A stretch of DNA of 64,000 nt, taken from assembly GCF_001194135.2 (NCBI RefSeq), contig NC_068990.1, forward strand, positions 19,334,606 to 19,398,605, in the 5' to 3' direction. Position 1 is the stretch's first letter, and every line of letters begins with the position of its first letter. The notes below the pieces were generated by a model. It was not told where the DNA came from. It did no database searches and worked only from the letters and a program-made list of their open reading frames with translations. The position numbers and the translations under genes were made by a program. Positions 1 through 13,659 of the stretch are shown here, piece after piece. This DNA is from Octopus bimaculoides (Eukaryota).

Positions 1-2084
1 AAAGATTAAAAGAGATATTACATAGATATATATGATTTATGCTTAGTAATGTTTCGATAACTGAACTTTCGTCTGATGATAACGTTTACTTCCTTTCAGT
101 GCACATACATACATTCTGCTGAATAGGATAAGCGTGTCAAGCATCGGATAAATAGATAATGGAGTACCGGCGTGCAATCGACATAACGATGAAGTTCTAG
201 CTTTTTCTTACAAATTATTAGCGTAAAACTATACTGAAAATCGAAGTAGGAGCTGTAAAATGTAATATCAGAGTAAATTTAAGAAATACTAATTTTGAAA
301 TAATACTGGATGCGGTAAGTTTATTTGAAAGAAGAATGTGAATAGGACAATTCTTATATTTGTTTAAAGCAAAATCTTCAATTATTCTGCAACATTTTTT
401 GGATTATTTTCATAGCTAGTGTATGTCAGTTTTCATTGTAATGTATGTTTTTATCACATACTGTCTCCTAAAAATATTTTCTGTTGCTTCTCTTTTCATT
501 TGTGTTACACTCTCTCGTCTAACATATCTATCACAATCTTCATTTGTACTGATATTCCTTTCAAGTGATACATATTTCATTATTTTCTTTGCTTTTCGAA
601 CGCTCTTATATGATATCACAGTTACAAGGATATTGTAAACCACGACCTGAGACTACTGCATGAAGACAGATGTTTTGTTATATCTTAGCTTCTAGATAAA
701 AGCTAACAAAACTAAAAAGAATATTTAAAAGCGAAAACAAAGTCACATTATAACAACTTGCGGAAAACTGTATTATACATTTCGAGAAAACCTTTATCAA
801 TATTCTGCATATTTTTTTCTTTTCTTAATATTTGTGGAAAGGAGCGAAGAAAACTGAAAGCCAATACAAGTCTTACAATAGATATAATGTATATCTAAAA
901 TTGAATATGTAAATATAACATAATTTATAGTTCCTTTTGCAGCAAAGTTCATAGACATCTATAACAATAGATATCTATCTTTATGTATGATAGATCAAGT
1001 CAAAAACCATGTTTCTTTTATTGATTGTAACATCTATTTGGAAATATAGAAATATCACTTGTATATGAAGGTGAGAATACAAAGAAAAAACCTAAAAGAT
1101 AAAGGTATCGGTAAAAACTATGACATAAAAATATGGATGAAATATGTATTGTTATATCTATTTATACTTGCGAAATGTGTTATGGATATATTAAGAAAAA
1201 AAAAGCAAACAATCCAAAAAAACGTATATGCAAAACGTAATGTTGAATTTATTGGAAAAAGAATCAAGCATGAAAGAGGAGAAATAAGACAGGAAAAATA
1301 ACAATCGCATGAGGGTATCATTTTTATTTCCTGCTCCTTCTTCGCTTTGTAAACAAAAGTGAATATACATACATACATGCATACATACATAGGTGTGTGT
1401 GGGGGTGTATATGTATAAACATGTACGCGCACATATATGTATGCATATAAGTATATGTGTATATATATACGTATATATAATATATCATATAATTATTTAT
1501 GTATGAATATGTATATATGTACACATATACATATACATTCATGCATACTTATACATGCGTGTCTGTGTGTGTGTCTGTGCGTGTATGTGTGTGTGTCCAC
1601 TTATGATGCATATTCAACCATCTTCTCAGTAACAACAATAAGAATAGATCATCAGAAAATCCTTACTCACAGCGATGGAACCCAGCTATTTCAAAGAATG
1701 AGAACTTAACGGAAACAGTAGAGCAATGGTTTAGTAAACTCAAATGCAGACGCCTCTTTTAAGAAGACACATCAAGGAGTCTTTAAAAGTGTTCATGTTG
1801 TGTTACATCCTTTTCATTGACACTACCTCTGCTTTCCTTAGTGTGAATTCTGTCCATCAACATCTCACTGTATTACATTAAAATTAAATATATTAAGTAT
1901 CTTACTGACTTCTACTACTTGTCAGAAGTGTGCTGACTTTTTATTGAACACTGCACTATCATAGTCACGTAGGTGACTTTTGGGCTCAGCTTTCTTTGTG
2001 CAGGAACATATCTAGTTCTCATTTCAGTATAAATGTGCAGTGAGAAGTGTGGTGGTAGAACCATCTCATAAGCAACTCGATTTA

Positions 2085-2540
2085 TTCCTAACTCATATGA
2101 CTTTAGAGTGCTTATAAACCCAAGCTTTTGAGAGAAAAATCGTGCTTAGTCATTGCATCTCAATTCTTCCTTGATTTAAGCAGTCAATGTATTTAAGTAC
2201 CACGCACAGAGCGAAAGCATCAGTTGACAATGTTCTATTTGCTCTTGCTACCACATTTGTACATGGTAGCCTCTCTCAATTATGTACGGGTTTCAGTCGA
2301 TGTTTGCCGGATTTCCATATCGATTTCCAGATGTTGCATTTTATCGCATACATAAAGCGCTACCTAGGTCTAAGCTGAGATGTTTTCCTTGAGATCTTCT
2401 CCCCCCAAAATAACTGTTTCGAAAGCCTGCCATCTTCTTTCCTGACAACATGACCAGCCAATGACTCTGCTTCAACCTTTTCTCAATTCTGGTCCAAGTG
2501 TTTAAGAGGCCCACTTTAAGTCTTGGATGCGCCGGATACA
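2085..2540 (-). mobile_element. RTE-clade LINE 3' relic (C-terminal part of ORF2, decayed)
   Basis: Minus-strand translation across frameshifts gives (W)AGHVVRKEDGRLSKQLFWGE...RPR*RF, matching the RTE C-terminal motif RWAGHVxRxxDxRLPKxxxxGE...RP. Near 2100-2157 it gives CND*ARFFSQKLGFISTLKS, a decayed CxxC...zinc-finger-like tail. Confidence 0.72.
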
Positions 2541-2577
2541 TACATACTTACATACATACATGCATATATACATACAT

Positions 2578-2700
2578 GTGTGTGGCTCAGGAGCCAGGGG
2601 GTTGCACTCATGTTCAACAGATCACTGGTTCCAGGCCTGGGTGTTGTATTCTTGAACAAAGCACTTTACTTCGCGTTGCTCTAAAGGTTCTGAATGTACC
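2578..2700 (+). mobile_element. Degenerate tRNA-headed SINE (head related to the V-SINE copies)
   Basis: GTGTGGCTCAG...GGTTCCAGGCC A/B-box-like head followed by GTGTTGTATTCTTGAACAAAGCACTTTACTTCGCGTTGCTC, which is similar to the post-head segment of the copy at 22500-22736. Confidence 0.5.
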
Positions 2701-2967
2701 AGAACTGTTGGCGCATCAGCAGAGGTGCTATACATTATACCTTACGGCTCTCTATAGTCTGATTTCAAATCCTATCTACCCGCAGAAGGAACGCGACACC
2801 ATTCTCCACTATTCATTCCAAGTCTAGCCATAAACGCATTTGGTCCCACTAGTCGACTTAACGACGGCAAGGTAGATTGCAGCCCCACTTCGGTCGCATG
2901 GACATATGAAATGTGTTGGAGAAGGATTATATGCACAGGATATGCCCAAGGGCAGAAAACACTAGAG

Positions 2968-2970
<3 letters not shown>

Positions 2971-3017
<47 letters not shown>
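2971..3017. repeat. (CA)n microsatellite
   Basis: Direct reading of the sequence. Confidence 0.98.
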
Positions 3018-3019
<2 letters not shown>

Positions 3020-3578
3020 TGTAGCATCCAAAGATCGAGATGTAGAAGAACATGAATTTCGAACAATCCGTAGAAAATATAAAAACCGGCTTTCAGGAAC
3101 AAACGTTGTTTATCGGACCGATGGGTTGTGAATTTTTTCCTTATCGAAGTACANNNNNNNNNNNNNNNNNNNNNNNNNNNNNNNNNNNNNNNNNNNNNNN
3201 NNNNNNNNNNNNNNNNNNNNNNNNNNNNNNNNNNNNNNNNNNNNNNNNNNNNNNNNNNNNNNNNNNNNNNNNNNNNNNNNNNNNNNNNNNNNNNNNNNNN
3301 NNNNNNNNNNNNNNNNNNNNNNNNNNNNNNNNNNNNNNNNNNNNNNNNNNNNNNNNNNNNNNNNNNNNNNNNNNNNNNNNNNNNNNNNNNNNNNNNNNNN
3401 NNNNNNNNNNNNNNNNNNNNNNNNNNNNNNNNNNNNNNNNNNNNNNNNNNNNNNNNNNNNNNNNNNNNNNNNNNNNNNNNNNNNNNNNNNNNNNNNNNNN
3501 NNNNNNNNNNNNNNNNNNNNNNNNNNNNNNNNNNNNNNNNNNNNNNNNNNNNNNNNNNNNNNNNNNNNNNNNNNNNNN

Positions 3579-3625
<47 letters not shown>

Positions 3626-4897
3626 TATTCAAAGAGACTGGGAGAATTTATATTGATATTCCATTATGAGTCTTAAAATAATTTTCAAGTACATAATTTA
3701 GTACACTAGTATATTATCCATGGTTTATTACCGGCAAATATATTACTTATTTCTGGCTTTATGTCTTCCTTATTGATAGGTAAATTCCAATATTCAAACG
3801 AACTACCCACAACTTTTGTTAATAAGTGCACTGAGTGAACTTCAGCTAATGTCTGAAAGTGCGTAGCGTTTAAAAAATATATCCTTTATGTTCGTTTATG
3901 TTGACTTTGATATTTGTTCTTAGTTTGATGTAGCCTGTGATTTATGATAAACAAAATTTGCATTCATTGTATGCGGAGGAGAACAATGGATGACAGAAAA
4001 AGAGAAGCAAGAGTTATACTTTCTTTCCATAATACGTGATAATACGTTTTTGATGTGGAGTGAACATTATTATTATGATTATTATTATTATTATTAAAAT
4101 TATATGATTCACGTGTTTATTAACGTGACAGAAACTGATATAAATATCAATAGAATTTAAGGACGATTATAAATCATTTCTTGACGTCTTGGAAAATACG
4201 GTCACATTTTCAAAATCCTGTTATTGTTCATTTGATAAACTTAAAATCTTAGAATGCTTTAATTTCGCTTAAATCATTCCGTCTAAGTATAGATTCAAAT
4301 AATATACTGCAATCACTAAAGAAAACTACAAAACCAAATCTCTCAAAACCTTCTTGAAATTTCGAAGTTACAACGTTAAATTACTCTATGCATTCCATTT
4401 TAGCCGTCGTTTTCCCATTTTTACATATTAGCGAATATCATCAACATGGCTTTATGGTTCCCGATTTAATGCTTAAAGAGGAGTACATAAAATATTAGAT
4501 CAGAAGAGAAATATAAAGACGAGAATAAAAGAGAATATAAATTGATCAAAGGCTGGTTATTGTTTCCTATATACAAGAGATACTGTTGAATACACACAAG
4601 TATATAAAAAAGAACCTATAAAAAATTTCCAGTTGAAAAAATCAAGCAGTGAATACAGATCAGTCCTCCACTAAATATGGTCGCCATATCGGAATATCTT
4701 TGAACACTGACAAAAATGGAGAACGACTGTGTCTCGAGTACAAAAATGTAGCGTCATATGTAGAGATTCTGGGGATGTCTTCTTTGGTACTACGTAAAGT
4801 ATAACCGTGAATATTGTGTGCTACAGCAGATAATCAATATACGGTGAAATCTGAAACGAGAAGTGTTCGGGCACGATATATGGCTAAATACGTAAAA

Positions 4898-4948
<51 letters not shown>

Positions 4949-6091
4949 NNNNNNNNNNNNTGTGTGTGTGTGTGTGTGTGTGTGTGTTTATGTGTGTGTG
5001 TGTGTGTAGTTATGTAAACTGAAAAAATTCTCAAGAGTGTTTGGTGGCATACATGTTTGTCACATGCTTTTAAGAAGAGGAGTAGCAATACCTTCGAAGT
5101 CACTGTCACACTCTTCTTGTAAAAATGTAATATATATGTTCATCTTCGTATCTCTTTATATACATATTCATATGCGAATATATTTAATTATATTCTCCCG
5201 TTGAATAAATATCTGGCATTCTACTGAAATTACGTGAATAGAATTTAATTTAAACATAGTAATTGTAATATAAATATTTTATATTATTTCTTTTTCTGTG
5301 TGTTTTTCTCATGAACATCTATTTGTTATTCTTTAATTCATACATCTTCTTCGTGTCTATTAGGTAAAAAATACTTGGATATTTTGCCTCAAATATATAA
5401 TACATTCTTTGAACCACTAATTAATATGAGTTTAAAACAAATTTATTTATAGAATGGCTTAATTTTATTACGTCAGATATTAATGTGAACATTATTTCAC
5501 GAAACGCAGATTTAATTTTCAACCTGACTATGTTTCTATATTTGTTCGAAATAAAATCATCTCTGCCATTGGGAGAGATTTATGCTACGACCGATCCCGC
5601 TAATAATATCAAAGTAAATCGTCTCAAACTACAACAAACTTCCACAACAATACGAAAGCAAAACTGCATAATATGCAGAAAGATATACTGTATATAAAAA
5701 ATCAAAACGCACCACAGTTACAGGGAGAAAAACCTTGCCTCGTATTGTAGATTTTCTCGATGAAGTATAAGCTGGTGAAAAACAAGAGCAACGATATTGA
5801 TTTTATAGCAAATTAAAAGCCAGCGGGTTTAAAACCCCATGGAATCTGATCTCAACTGGAGCAGATTGCAATCAGAAAATACGTTAAACGATAGAAGTTA
5901 CCTGATTCTATATCACAATTGAGAATCTGTTTATGGATCTATCGGTTTATCTAGTTATCCTACTATCTGTATCTATGTGTGTATGTGTTTGTGTGTGTAT
6001 ATCTGTGTATACACGTATGTATGTATGAATCAACTTTCTATTCTTCTCCACCTTCTTCTCCCCTATCTGTCACTCTCTCCCCTCTTTCTCT

Positions 6092-6094
<3 letters not shown>

Positions 6095-6182
<88 letters not shown>

Positions 6183-6202
6183 CGTGTGTGTGTGTGTGTG
6201 TG
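6095..6202. repeat. Compound (TA)n(TG)n microsatellite
   Basis: Direct reading. The same compound type recurs at about 4905-5008, 10975-11047, 14457-14532 and 51915-51975. Confidence 0.97.
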
Positions 6203-6680
6203 TAAGCATATATCTATGTAAGGTTATATATGTATATTGGTAGATATGTGTGCAAGAGTCGATATATATATAATTCTTATACATACATGCATACATCTAA
6301 GTATAACGCTAGAAACTGAAATTACACTCTATAGTGTTCCTTGTTGACTTCGTGACTTTGCAGAACCTGGACTAGATATAACTGGCTATTCAATGACTGT
6401 TTTCATTACGGCAATGATTCTGTTCACATGTAAGCTACGTCAGAGTTGGAAAAGCGTTCAGCAGCTACGAAAGCAACATAATATAGTTCTTTATGCCACT
6501 TAGTATCTTTCTTCCACGTATTTTTAATTTGGAAGCAAATTCATATTAGCTTTTGAGTTCTCTTGAATGTGAATAGAAATTACTTATTTTGTGCCTTGTA
6601 CATGTAAGAAGATTTTTGTTCTATAAAATGTAATATGTTCTTATTCTTATGTTCTAATGTCTATAACTATATAATAACAC

Positions 6681-6713
6681 GTGTTTCTTTAATTTCATCT
6701 TTTGTAGGTAAGT
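6681..6713 (+). other. Candidate recursive splice site (3' splice site directly abutting a 5' splice site)
   Basis: GTGTTTCTTTAATTTCATCTTTTGTAG|GTAAGT: a pyrimidine tract plus TAG (6705-6707) immediately followed by the consensus donor GTAAGT (6708-6713). Confidence 0.35.
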
Positions 6714-8057
6714 TTATTCTTTACTATTTACTCATCACGCTGTACAGTGAATATTTAGAAAAGATGTTCAGGTCAGTTTAAAACTATTTCTCTTTTATCA
6801 ATATATTTTATCATATCCGTATCTATTGGACATAGGCCGATATATCAGTAAATGTTTTGCATATATTCAAATATTCTTCACTTCCACCAGCTTATGAGTA
6901 GCATGATGGGTGATTCTATAGCGCTGTACCAAACGAATGCTGCTACATGTATCCTGAAAGACAATCAGTTTATCGTAAAACAAATATCAAAGATTACATG
7001 TCAATTTCTCTGAAATCTTTATGAAATTCGTATAAGAGTTTTTCACATTTGAACTGATGTTGAATTCGCCCAGAAGGACAAATATTGTACATATACAGTA
7101 TATGTATTCTGATAACACATTATCAATGTCAAATGCACACTGAATGATTTCTATAAGATGTATGAAGTAAGCGATCAAGACCAAGAGGATGTTAATATAA
7201 TACCATTTTCAATCGTCACATAAGTTACGTGTTATAGATTTGTGCTTTAAGCCATAAGAAAAACGCTAGTAATCTTTGTACACTTTCGCACCGAAATACT
7301 TTCCCAATTGGTGGGAAGAGGTGCTGGTAATAATCTAGTCTCCGATCGACAGACGTTCTGTCTTCTCTCCCTGCTCTTCTTCAAGTATCATATATTCATC
7401 TTCTACTCGCAGTTAACCATTCTAGTCGCATCTCCAGTTATACATTTTCAACACATCTTCAATTAATCATTGAGCCTATTATGTCAACCATCAAGAACAC
7501 ACACTAAGTACTCCAAACACACATAACTCATCAGCATGACAGATCATTTCTCCCATGTTTCTGTTTTAGCCGTTAACTTGAATTTGAAGCTCTTCAATAA
7601 AACGATGGTCCACGTCGTACATACTTCTATTGAAGACTTTTGACAACAATAGATACAGCCTATTCTTATTTTTTTCTTTATAGTAATATGAAATATTTTG
7701 AATTTAAATATGTATTCTATGGTATTGGTACTGTAAAGCTTTCATTGACAGAAAACGTAATTGGTGCCGTCGACAGTCTATTTCTGTTTAGTATTCATGT
7801 ATATACTTCGATGTATTAGCATAAGAAGTATGCATTGCATATTTCGTTTTTAAAGCAAAAGTATGATATATTCAGTAATACATAAAATATATCAGGAATA
7901 GCAAATTATATTGAAACTTGCCTCTATTATATTCTTATTTAAGAACAATTTTAACAATAACACAAATACATACTATATTCGTTAACCCTTTTAAAGTCGT
8001 TGAATTATTTAGAAAAGATTTCATTGTAAAAAAAATATTTAACATAGCATAGACACA

Positions 8058-8374
8058 GGAGTGGCTGTGTGGTAAGTAGCTTGGTTACCGACCACATGGT
8101 TCCGGGTTCAGTCCCACTGTCTGGCACCTTGGGCAAGTGCCTTCTACTATAGCCTTTTGAGTGGATTTGGTAGACGGAAACTGAAAGAAGCCCGTCGCAT
8201 ATATATGTGTGTGTGTGTGTGTTTGTCACCTTACCATCGCTTGACAACCGATTTTATTGCGTTCACACCCCCGCAACTTAGCGATTCGGCAAAAGAGACC
8301 GATAAAATAAGTATTAGGCTTACAAAGAATAAGTCCTGGGGCCGCAATCAGATGACTGAAACCAATAAAAGAAT
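8058..8374 (+). mobile_element. SINE family A (tRNA head + CORE-like domain + internal microsatellite), internally deleted
   Basis: Head GTGGCTGTGTGGTAAG (A box) ... GGTTCAGTCCC (B box), then GGCACCTTGGGCAAGT (matches the start of the CORE domain as in MIR), a (TA)(TG) spacer and a 3' module AATAAGTATTAGGCTTACAAAG. Collinear with the copy at 13660. Confidence 0.88.
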
Positions 8375-9867
8375 AGCATATGCATTTCGATATTGTACTA
8401 AATTTACCAACTGTAAAACATTGCAGCTTTATTGTTTTCTTTTGGTGCACAGTCCATTTCGGGATATTGATAAATTAATGTATTAATTTTCCTATTTTAC
8501 CCAACATATTTTGTCAAATCTATCAAATTCGTATCCAATTATTTAGTTGTTTATGTGAGAGAGATTGATTATAATGCTAAATTAATATAATGATGGTGTG
8601 GTCTTTGGCGCATGTGTTAGGGATCTTGTAGAACGCTGTTTGTATAACTTTACTTCAAGTTTGGATCCAAAACTGCAATTGGAATATTCAACACGGATGC
8701 ATCTTCAATGTGTATACATTCATGGAAATATACAGCACTAAATATGAAGCAAAAGATAATTTCATATTGTCTATACTTTTAGTATACAAGATGCATCGTG
8801 GCCAGTGTATCCGTAGATATTTTTTTCAATATCAAATTGAAGAAATTTCACCTCCATTTTAGTGCGTATCTCCCGGAAGAGAATTATGAACACTATCTAT
8901 CTCATTCAAAATATAATAACGTCCATATGTAATTATAGTCAATCGTTAATTAATGACTGGTGAATAAAATAATGTCACTTTTTTGTTTAAAATGTTGCCT
9001 CTGTGTTCGCGTTCCTTGTGGTTAAATGATGAAAGAAACAAGACTTCTTGAAGCTTCTTCAGCCATATTACATATTATCTGTGAATTTCTTCACAAATTT
9101 CAATTAATTATATTTCATTGTTGTACTGTCTAATGAACATAATATCTTAATTACTTTGGTTTTTCGAATAGCAAAATTTTGAATCTAACATATATGATGA
9201 AATACTAATTAGTGCCAGAGCCTTCAGTTAACAAATCTTTCTAAAAGTTGCTATGTATGTTGCCAAACACACACAAACAAGCGCGCTTGTGCGTGTGTGA
9301 ATGTATCGGTGCTTGTGTAGATATAAGTATATGCGTGCATAGATGTCTGCACTTCTGTTTGTATGTAGTTATGTATTTGAGCTTGTATATGTGGATATAG
9401 TTTTACGCATGTGTGAATATATATATACATACATATATATATATAAAGAGATTGAGAGAACGAGAGGAAGAGAGAAAGAGACAGAGATGCATGCGTTTGT
9501 ATGCATTTGTGGGTAAAAGTGTATCTGTGTATTTATTGTTTATGTGTACGATGAACATGTTTGTGCGTCTGGCAATGTTTTTGAATAACTGTTTTTCAAT
9601 GAAAATACTTAGTGTAAGACAATGATGAAAAGGACAAATAAAAGAAAAAAAAAGACGGTACAGACGAGGGGTTGAAAAACAAGACAAGAAAGTAATGATG
9701 ATAACACAGACGCAAACGACACACGAATACGAGACGAAGAGAGTGAGTTAATCCAAGTAAGTCTCTTACTTAAATAGATGGAAGAAACATGATAAACTCA
9801 CACGCTAGTATTAATTCAATTTTTACATGCACCAATCATGACTATCATATATTTATATATGCTAATA

Positions 9868-10078
9868 GTGGGCTAAACATAGAGGGGCAAACAAAGACAG
9901 ACAAAGGGTTTAAGATCACTACATCGATGCCAGTGTGTAACTGGTACTTATTTTATTGACCTCGAAAGGATTAAAGTCAAACTCGACCTCGGCGGAGTTT
10001 CAACACAGAACGTAACGGCAGATGAAATATCGCTAAGCATTTCACTCGGTGTGCTAACAATTTTGCCAGCTCGCCGCC
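9868..10078 (-). mobile_element. SINE family B (B1-type tail)
   Basis: Reverse complement of the GGCGAGCTGGCA...CCGAGGTCGA...AATAAGTACCAG...TTTAGCCC family; collinear with 23135-23368. Confidence 0.88.
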
Positions 10079-10096
10079 CTATGACAATCACATATT

Positions 10097-10293
10097 CTTT
10101 TCTACTCTAGGCACAAGGGCCGAATTTTGTGGGGAGGGGGCCAGTCGATTTCATTGGTACTAATTTTTATCGACCCCGAAAGGATGAAAAGCAAAGTCGA
10201 CCTCAGCGGACTTTGAACTCAGAACGTAAAGGCAGACGAAATACCGCGAAGGATGTCGCCCAGCGTGCTAACGTTTCTGCCAGCTCGCCTTAA
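10097..10293 (-). mobile_element. SINE family B (B2-type tail) with 14-bp TSD
   Basis: Same head and central block as B1 with a different tail (GGCCCCCTCCCC...CCTTGTGCCTAGAGTAG). Flanked by GACAATCACATATT (10083-10096) and GACAATCATATATT (10294-10307). Confidence 0.9.
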
Positions 10294-10447
10294 GACAATC
10301 ATATATTAAGACGGAACAGATATCTGACGTAAATGCATTGTCAAATCAACTACAATGGAAGACTGATGCATGATATAAACGTCCCGAAGGACGCATGAAT
10401 TGTTTAGGGATATAGCTATATTTAACAACGCATCAACTGTTGCTCAA

Positions 10448-10832
10448 GATCAGGTGGTTCTCAATCATATTTTAACTATGGACCCTTTGATTACTTTTGC
10501 ATTCTGGTTGACCCCCGCCCCCAACAAAGCCAGTCAATGTTTAAATATTAGTTGTAAAGATACTTATTTTAATCAAAATTCTTATTTCGTTTCTCAGACA
10601 CTCACTTGCGTAGGTTTCCAATAGAGCTCTGAGAGAACGTATTTCAGTGGCTGGAAACATGTTAAACTATGTAAAACGCTAGAGAAAGAAACGTAGCTGT
10701 TTCTTATAATAAATACATCTAACATAAAATTCCTTCATGAGCACTTAATATAATGCTGTGGAGCCCAATTTACTATTTTGTCTGGCATAGACCCCCAAAA
10801 CTCTTCTGTGGTCCCCTGTCAAGAATTACAGG
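10448..10832. mobile_element. Possible decayed hAT-type non-autonomous DNA element
   Basis: Left end CAGGTGGTTCTCAATC...ATGGACCC and right end GTGGTCCCCTGTCAAGAATTACAG resemble the CAGGGGTTCTCAA/TTGAGAACCCCTG termini of hAT MITEs. The ends are degenerate and no TSD was found. Confidence 0.35.
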
Positions 10833-10976
10833 TCTGCATACACTGTGATTTCCATTGTTTTTATATGGAGTTAATATTCATTTTTAAGATGGGTGTAAAG
10901 ATATATATCATTGTTTCTGCATGTGAGTGTGCGAGAATGTATATGTGTGTATGTCTGTACTACATATATATGCATG

Positions 10977-11050
<74 letters not shown>

Positions 11051-12348
11051 AGCAGTCGAAGAGATTGACTCGAATGTATGTAGGTTAAACACACTAGCGA
11101 CATTAGATATTAACATATGGTTGGACCTCATGCATATTTCATTCAACAACATTGACGACTCTGTAGCGAGGGTTGCAAAGAGACACATAACGGTATGCAC
11201 GATCACACATGCACAACCAAATAATACCCATAGTCGCATATATGAGAAGCTTATGCCGATATCAGTCGCACGAGTTTCAGTCGCTCCCGGTCATTTGTTG
11301 AAAACATCCGTTCGATGCATCGAGCCGTGCCGAAAACTGGAATTATTTGTGATAGAAGAATCATGCGTGGAATAATTTTCAGAAATGAATCATGACTTGC
11401 AACTAAAAGGACTTATAGCGACTTAGACAGAGTATTACGTTTCTTCATATCTCTCAGTACGCGAATTTTGGTCGCCCACTGCATTAGGTCTAGTAAAAGC
11501 TGGGCATGCAATGCAGATCATTTAGCTAGCTATACGCGTATCCGAAATATGTTATCTAGTTCGCGAAAAAGATGCCGTGATTAAATATTATATATTTTTC
11601 ACAATGAGGTGCCAAGTACTAAGTGATATAGGCACCAAGTATAAAAAAATAAGGAACTCTCATATTACTTCAGAGTATCTGAGTTCATTAACGCACTAGA
11701 AAATATCAAATAACGCAAGGTGCAGAGAAAATTTTACTCAGAGTACGAACGCACTAACAAGCTGTTTGAAAGTTAATTACTAGTCATCTCCTAGCTACTT
11801 TATCTTTATTCCACAATCCGAAAATGAACGGCATGATAGTAAACTGATATGAAGGGATAAAGAATTTATTTCTATGTTTATCTTGAAATGCAAAAGAATA
11901 ATGTACATTTTATTGAACAAAATAATTGCTATTTTGCACAGCATGTGTTGATTATATCACTAGATATCGCTGAAAAGTATTTAAATCGCTGAAACCTTGT
12001 ATTCTTTAACATAAAGAAATGCAATAATTTGTACATTCTATTGCTACTAACAGTGGTACATTGTACAATATGGTTATTTATTTCGCATTGCCGGGATCTT
12101 CCTATTCATACAAACAGTACAGCCACTTAATGGCGTATTCACTACAGTTGAATGCTATTATGGTTTATCGTCTCAATATGCGAGCATAAACACAGACACA
12201 AACATAAACTCTCACACAGATGCACATGCACATACATATACACATATTTATGTATGTATGCATCTATGCATCTATGTATATATATTGACGTGTACATATC
12301 TTTATATACACAGATATATATACATGCATGTTTATACATATATGTACA

Positions 12349-12386
<38 letters not shown>

Positions 12387-13659
12387 TACACACACACACA
12401 CAGATATATGCATATATAATTACGTATGTCTGCCTGCCTCTGTGTGTGTTGGTGTGGGTGTGCATCTGTGTGTGTGTGTATGTGTCTGTATTGAATGGTC
12501 ATGGGCTGGGTGAACAGTGAGAGCGTATTATGAGTAAATATGCAAATCTACACACTTCAAGACATGAAAAGTATTATTGTCTCCAACATTGAATACATTC
12601 TTTCGCGTAAAAGATGAAAAACTGCATTACTTTATAAGAGGAAATGTTTTTCGCTTCTTATATCTTCAGTATAAAATTTACAAAAAATACATAATGCTAT
12701 CACAAGATACTACTTCTTTTTTTGAAGTATATTTTATTTTAAGTTCCATTCTCCGTTCGAAACTCTCACACAAACACTCATACACACAGTCATGTACATA
12801 TAGATATAGAGAGATATAGATGGAGATATACACACGCATCTATATAAGCAATATTTTTTGCTAACGTATTCTGAATGATAAAGTATTTTACTGCTGTAAA
12901 ATTACTAGCTATCATTTCAATAATATTAAAAAAAAATATTTTTTTTTGGCTTCTGTAGAAATTAAACTCCGTTATATCAGCTCTAACTAGGCTAACTGGT
13001 TGAAAAGCATATGTTGTTATTGTTTAAGCCTCCATAAGTCATCGTCGACCAGCCTTGAACCTGCTGAATTTATTTTCTTTTGATTTTTGCAAAATATAGC
13101 GGTTAGATTTTAGGGAGATTTAACTGTACAGTTTAGGTACAATACATGTGAAGAACTGAACTAATTACGAAAATATTTTGGGGAATACTAAAAGTTAATC
13201 TACTTAACTGTCCACGCATTCATTGCTGATAAGGCTACTATCAATAGGGCCTTCTGTAAACTTATATATTACATATTTGCGGGCCAGATTGACCAATTAA
13301 TTACTGGTCTAGCACTTTCATGACACTTTTTCTGAATGGTCTACTAACAACGTATACATGCATACACACACACATATATACATGCACACACACACCAGTT
13401 ATATATATACATATAGAAATATATATATATATATGTACATGTAAATATGACTATATACCTACATATTCACATTTCTATTTATATCTAACTAACTATATAT
13501 ATGTGTGCGTGTGTGTATTTCTCTCTCTCTCTCTCACTCGCTGTAGATATATGTATGTTTTCACTTGGCATAGAAAATCCTGAAAAAATATTTTGTAAAA
13601 CAAATCTCCCGATCTAGTTGATCTAGCTTACGTATATTCAATGAAATATAAATTGCTAA

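Noticed and set aside
222-314. Symmetric 93-nt exon candidate RKTILKIEVGAVKCNIRVNLRNTNFEIILDA|GTAAGT
   Set aside because: Splice sites are plausible, but there is no recognisable peptide or partner exon, and such pseudo-exons are common in AT-rich DNA.
8058-8125. tRNA genes at SINE heads (also 13660, 22670-22736, 63411)
   Set aside because: A and B boxes are present, but there is no complete cloverleaf or acceptor stem, and the sequence continues into multi-copy SINE bodies.
11050-11600. CpG-richer block with repeated GTCGC and overlapping ORFs
   Set aside because: It is probably an old transposon relic, but no TIR, TSD or protein motif could be identified.
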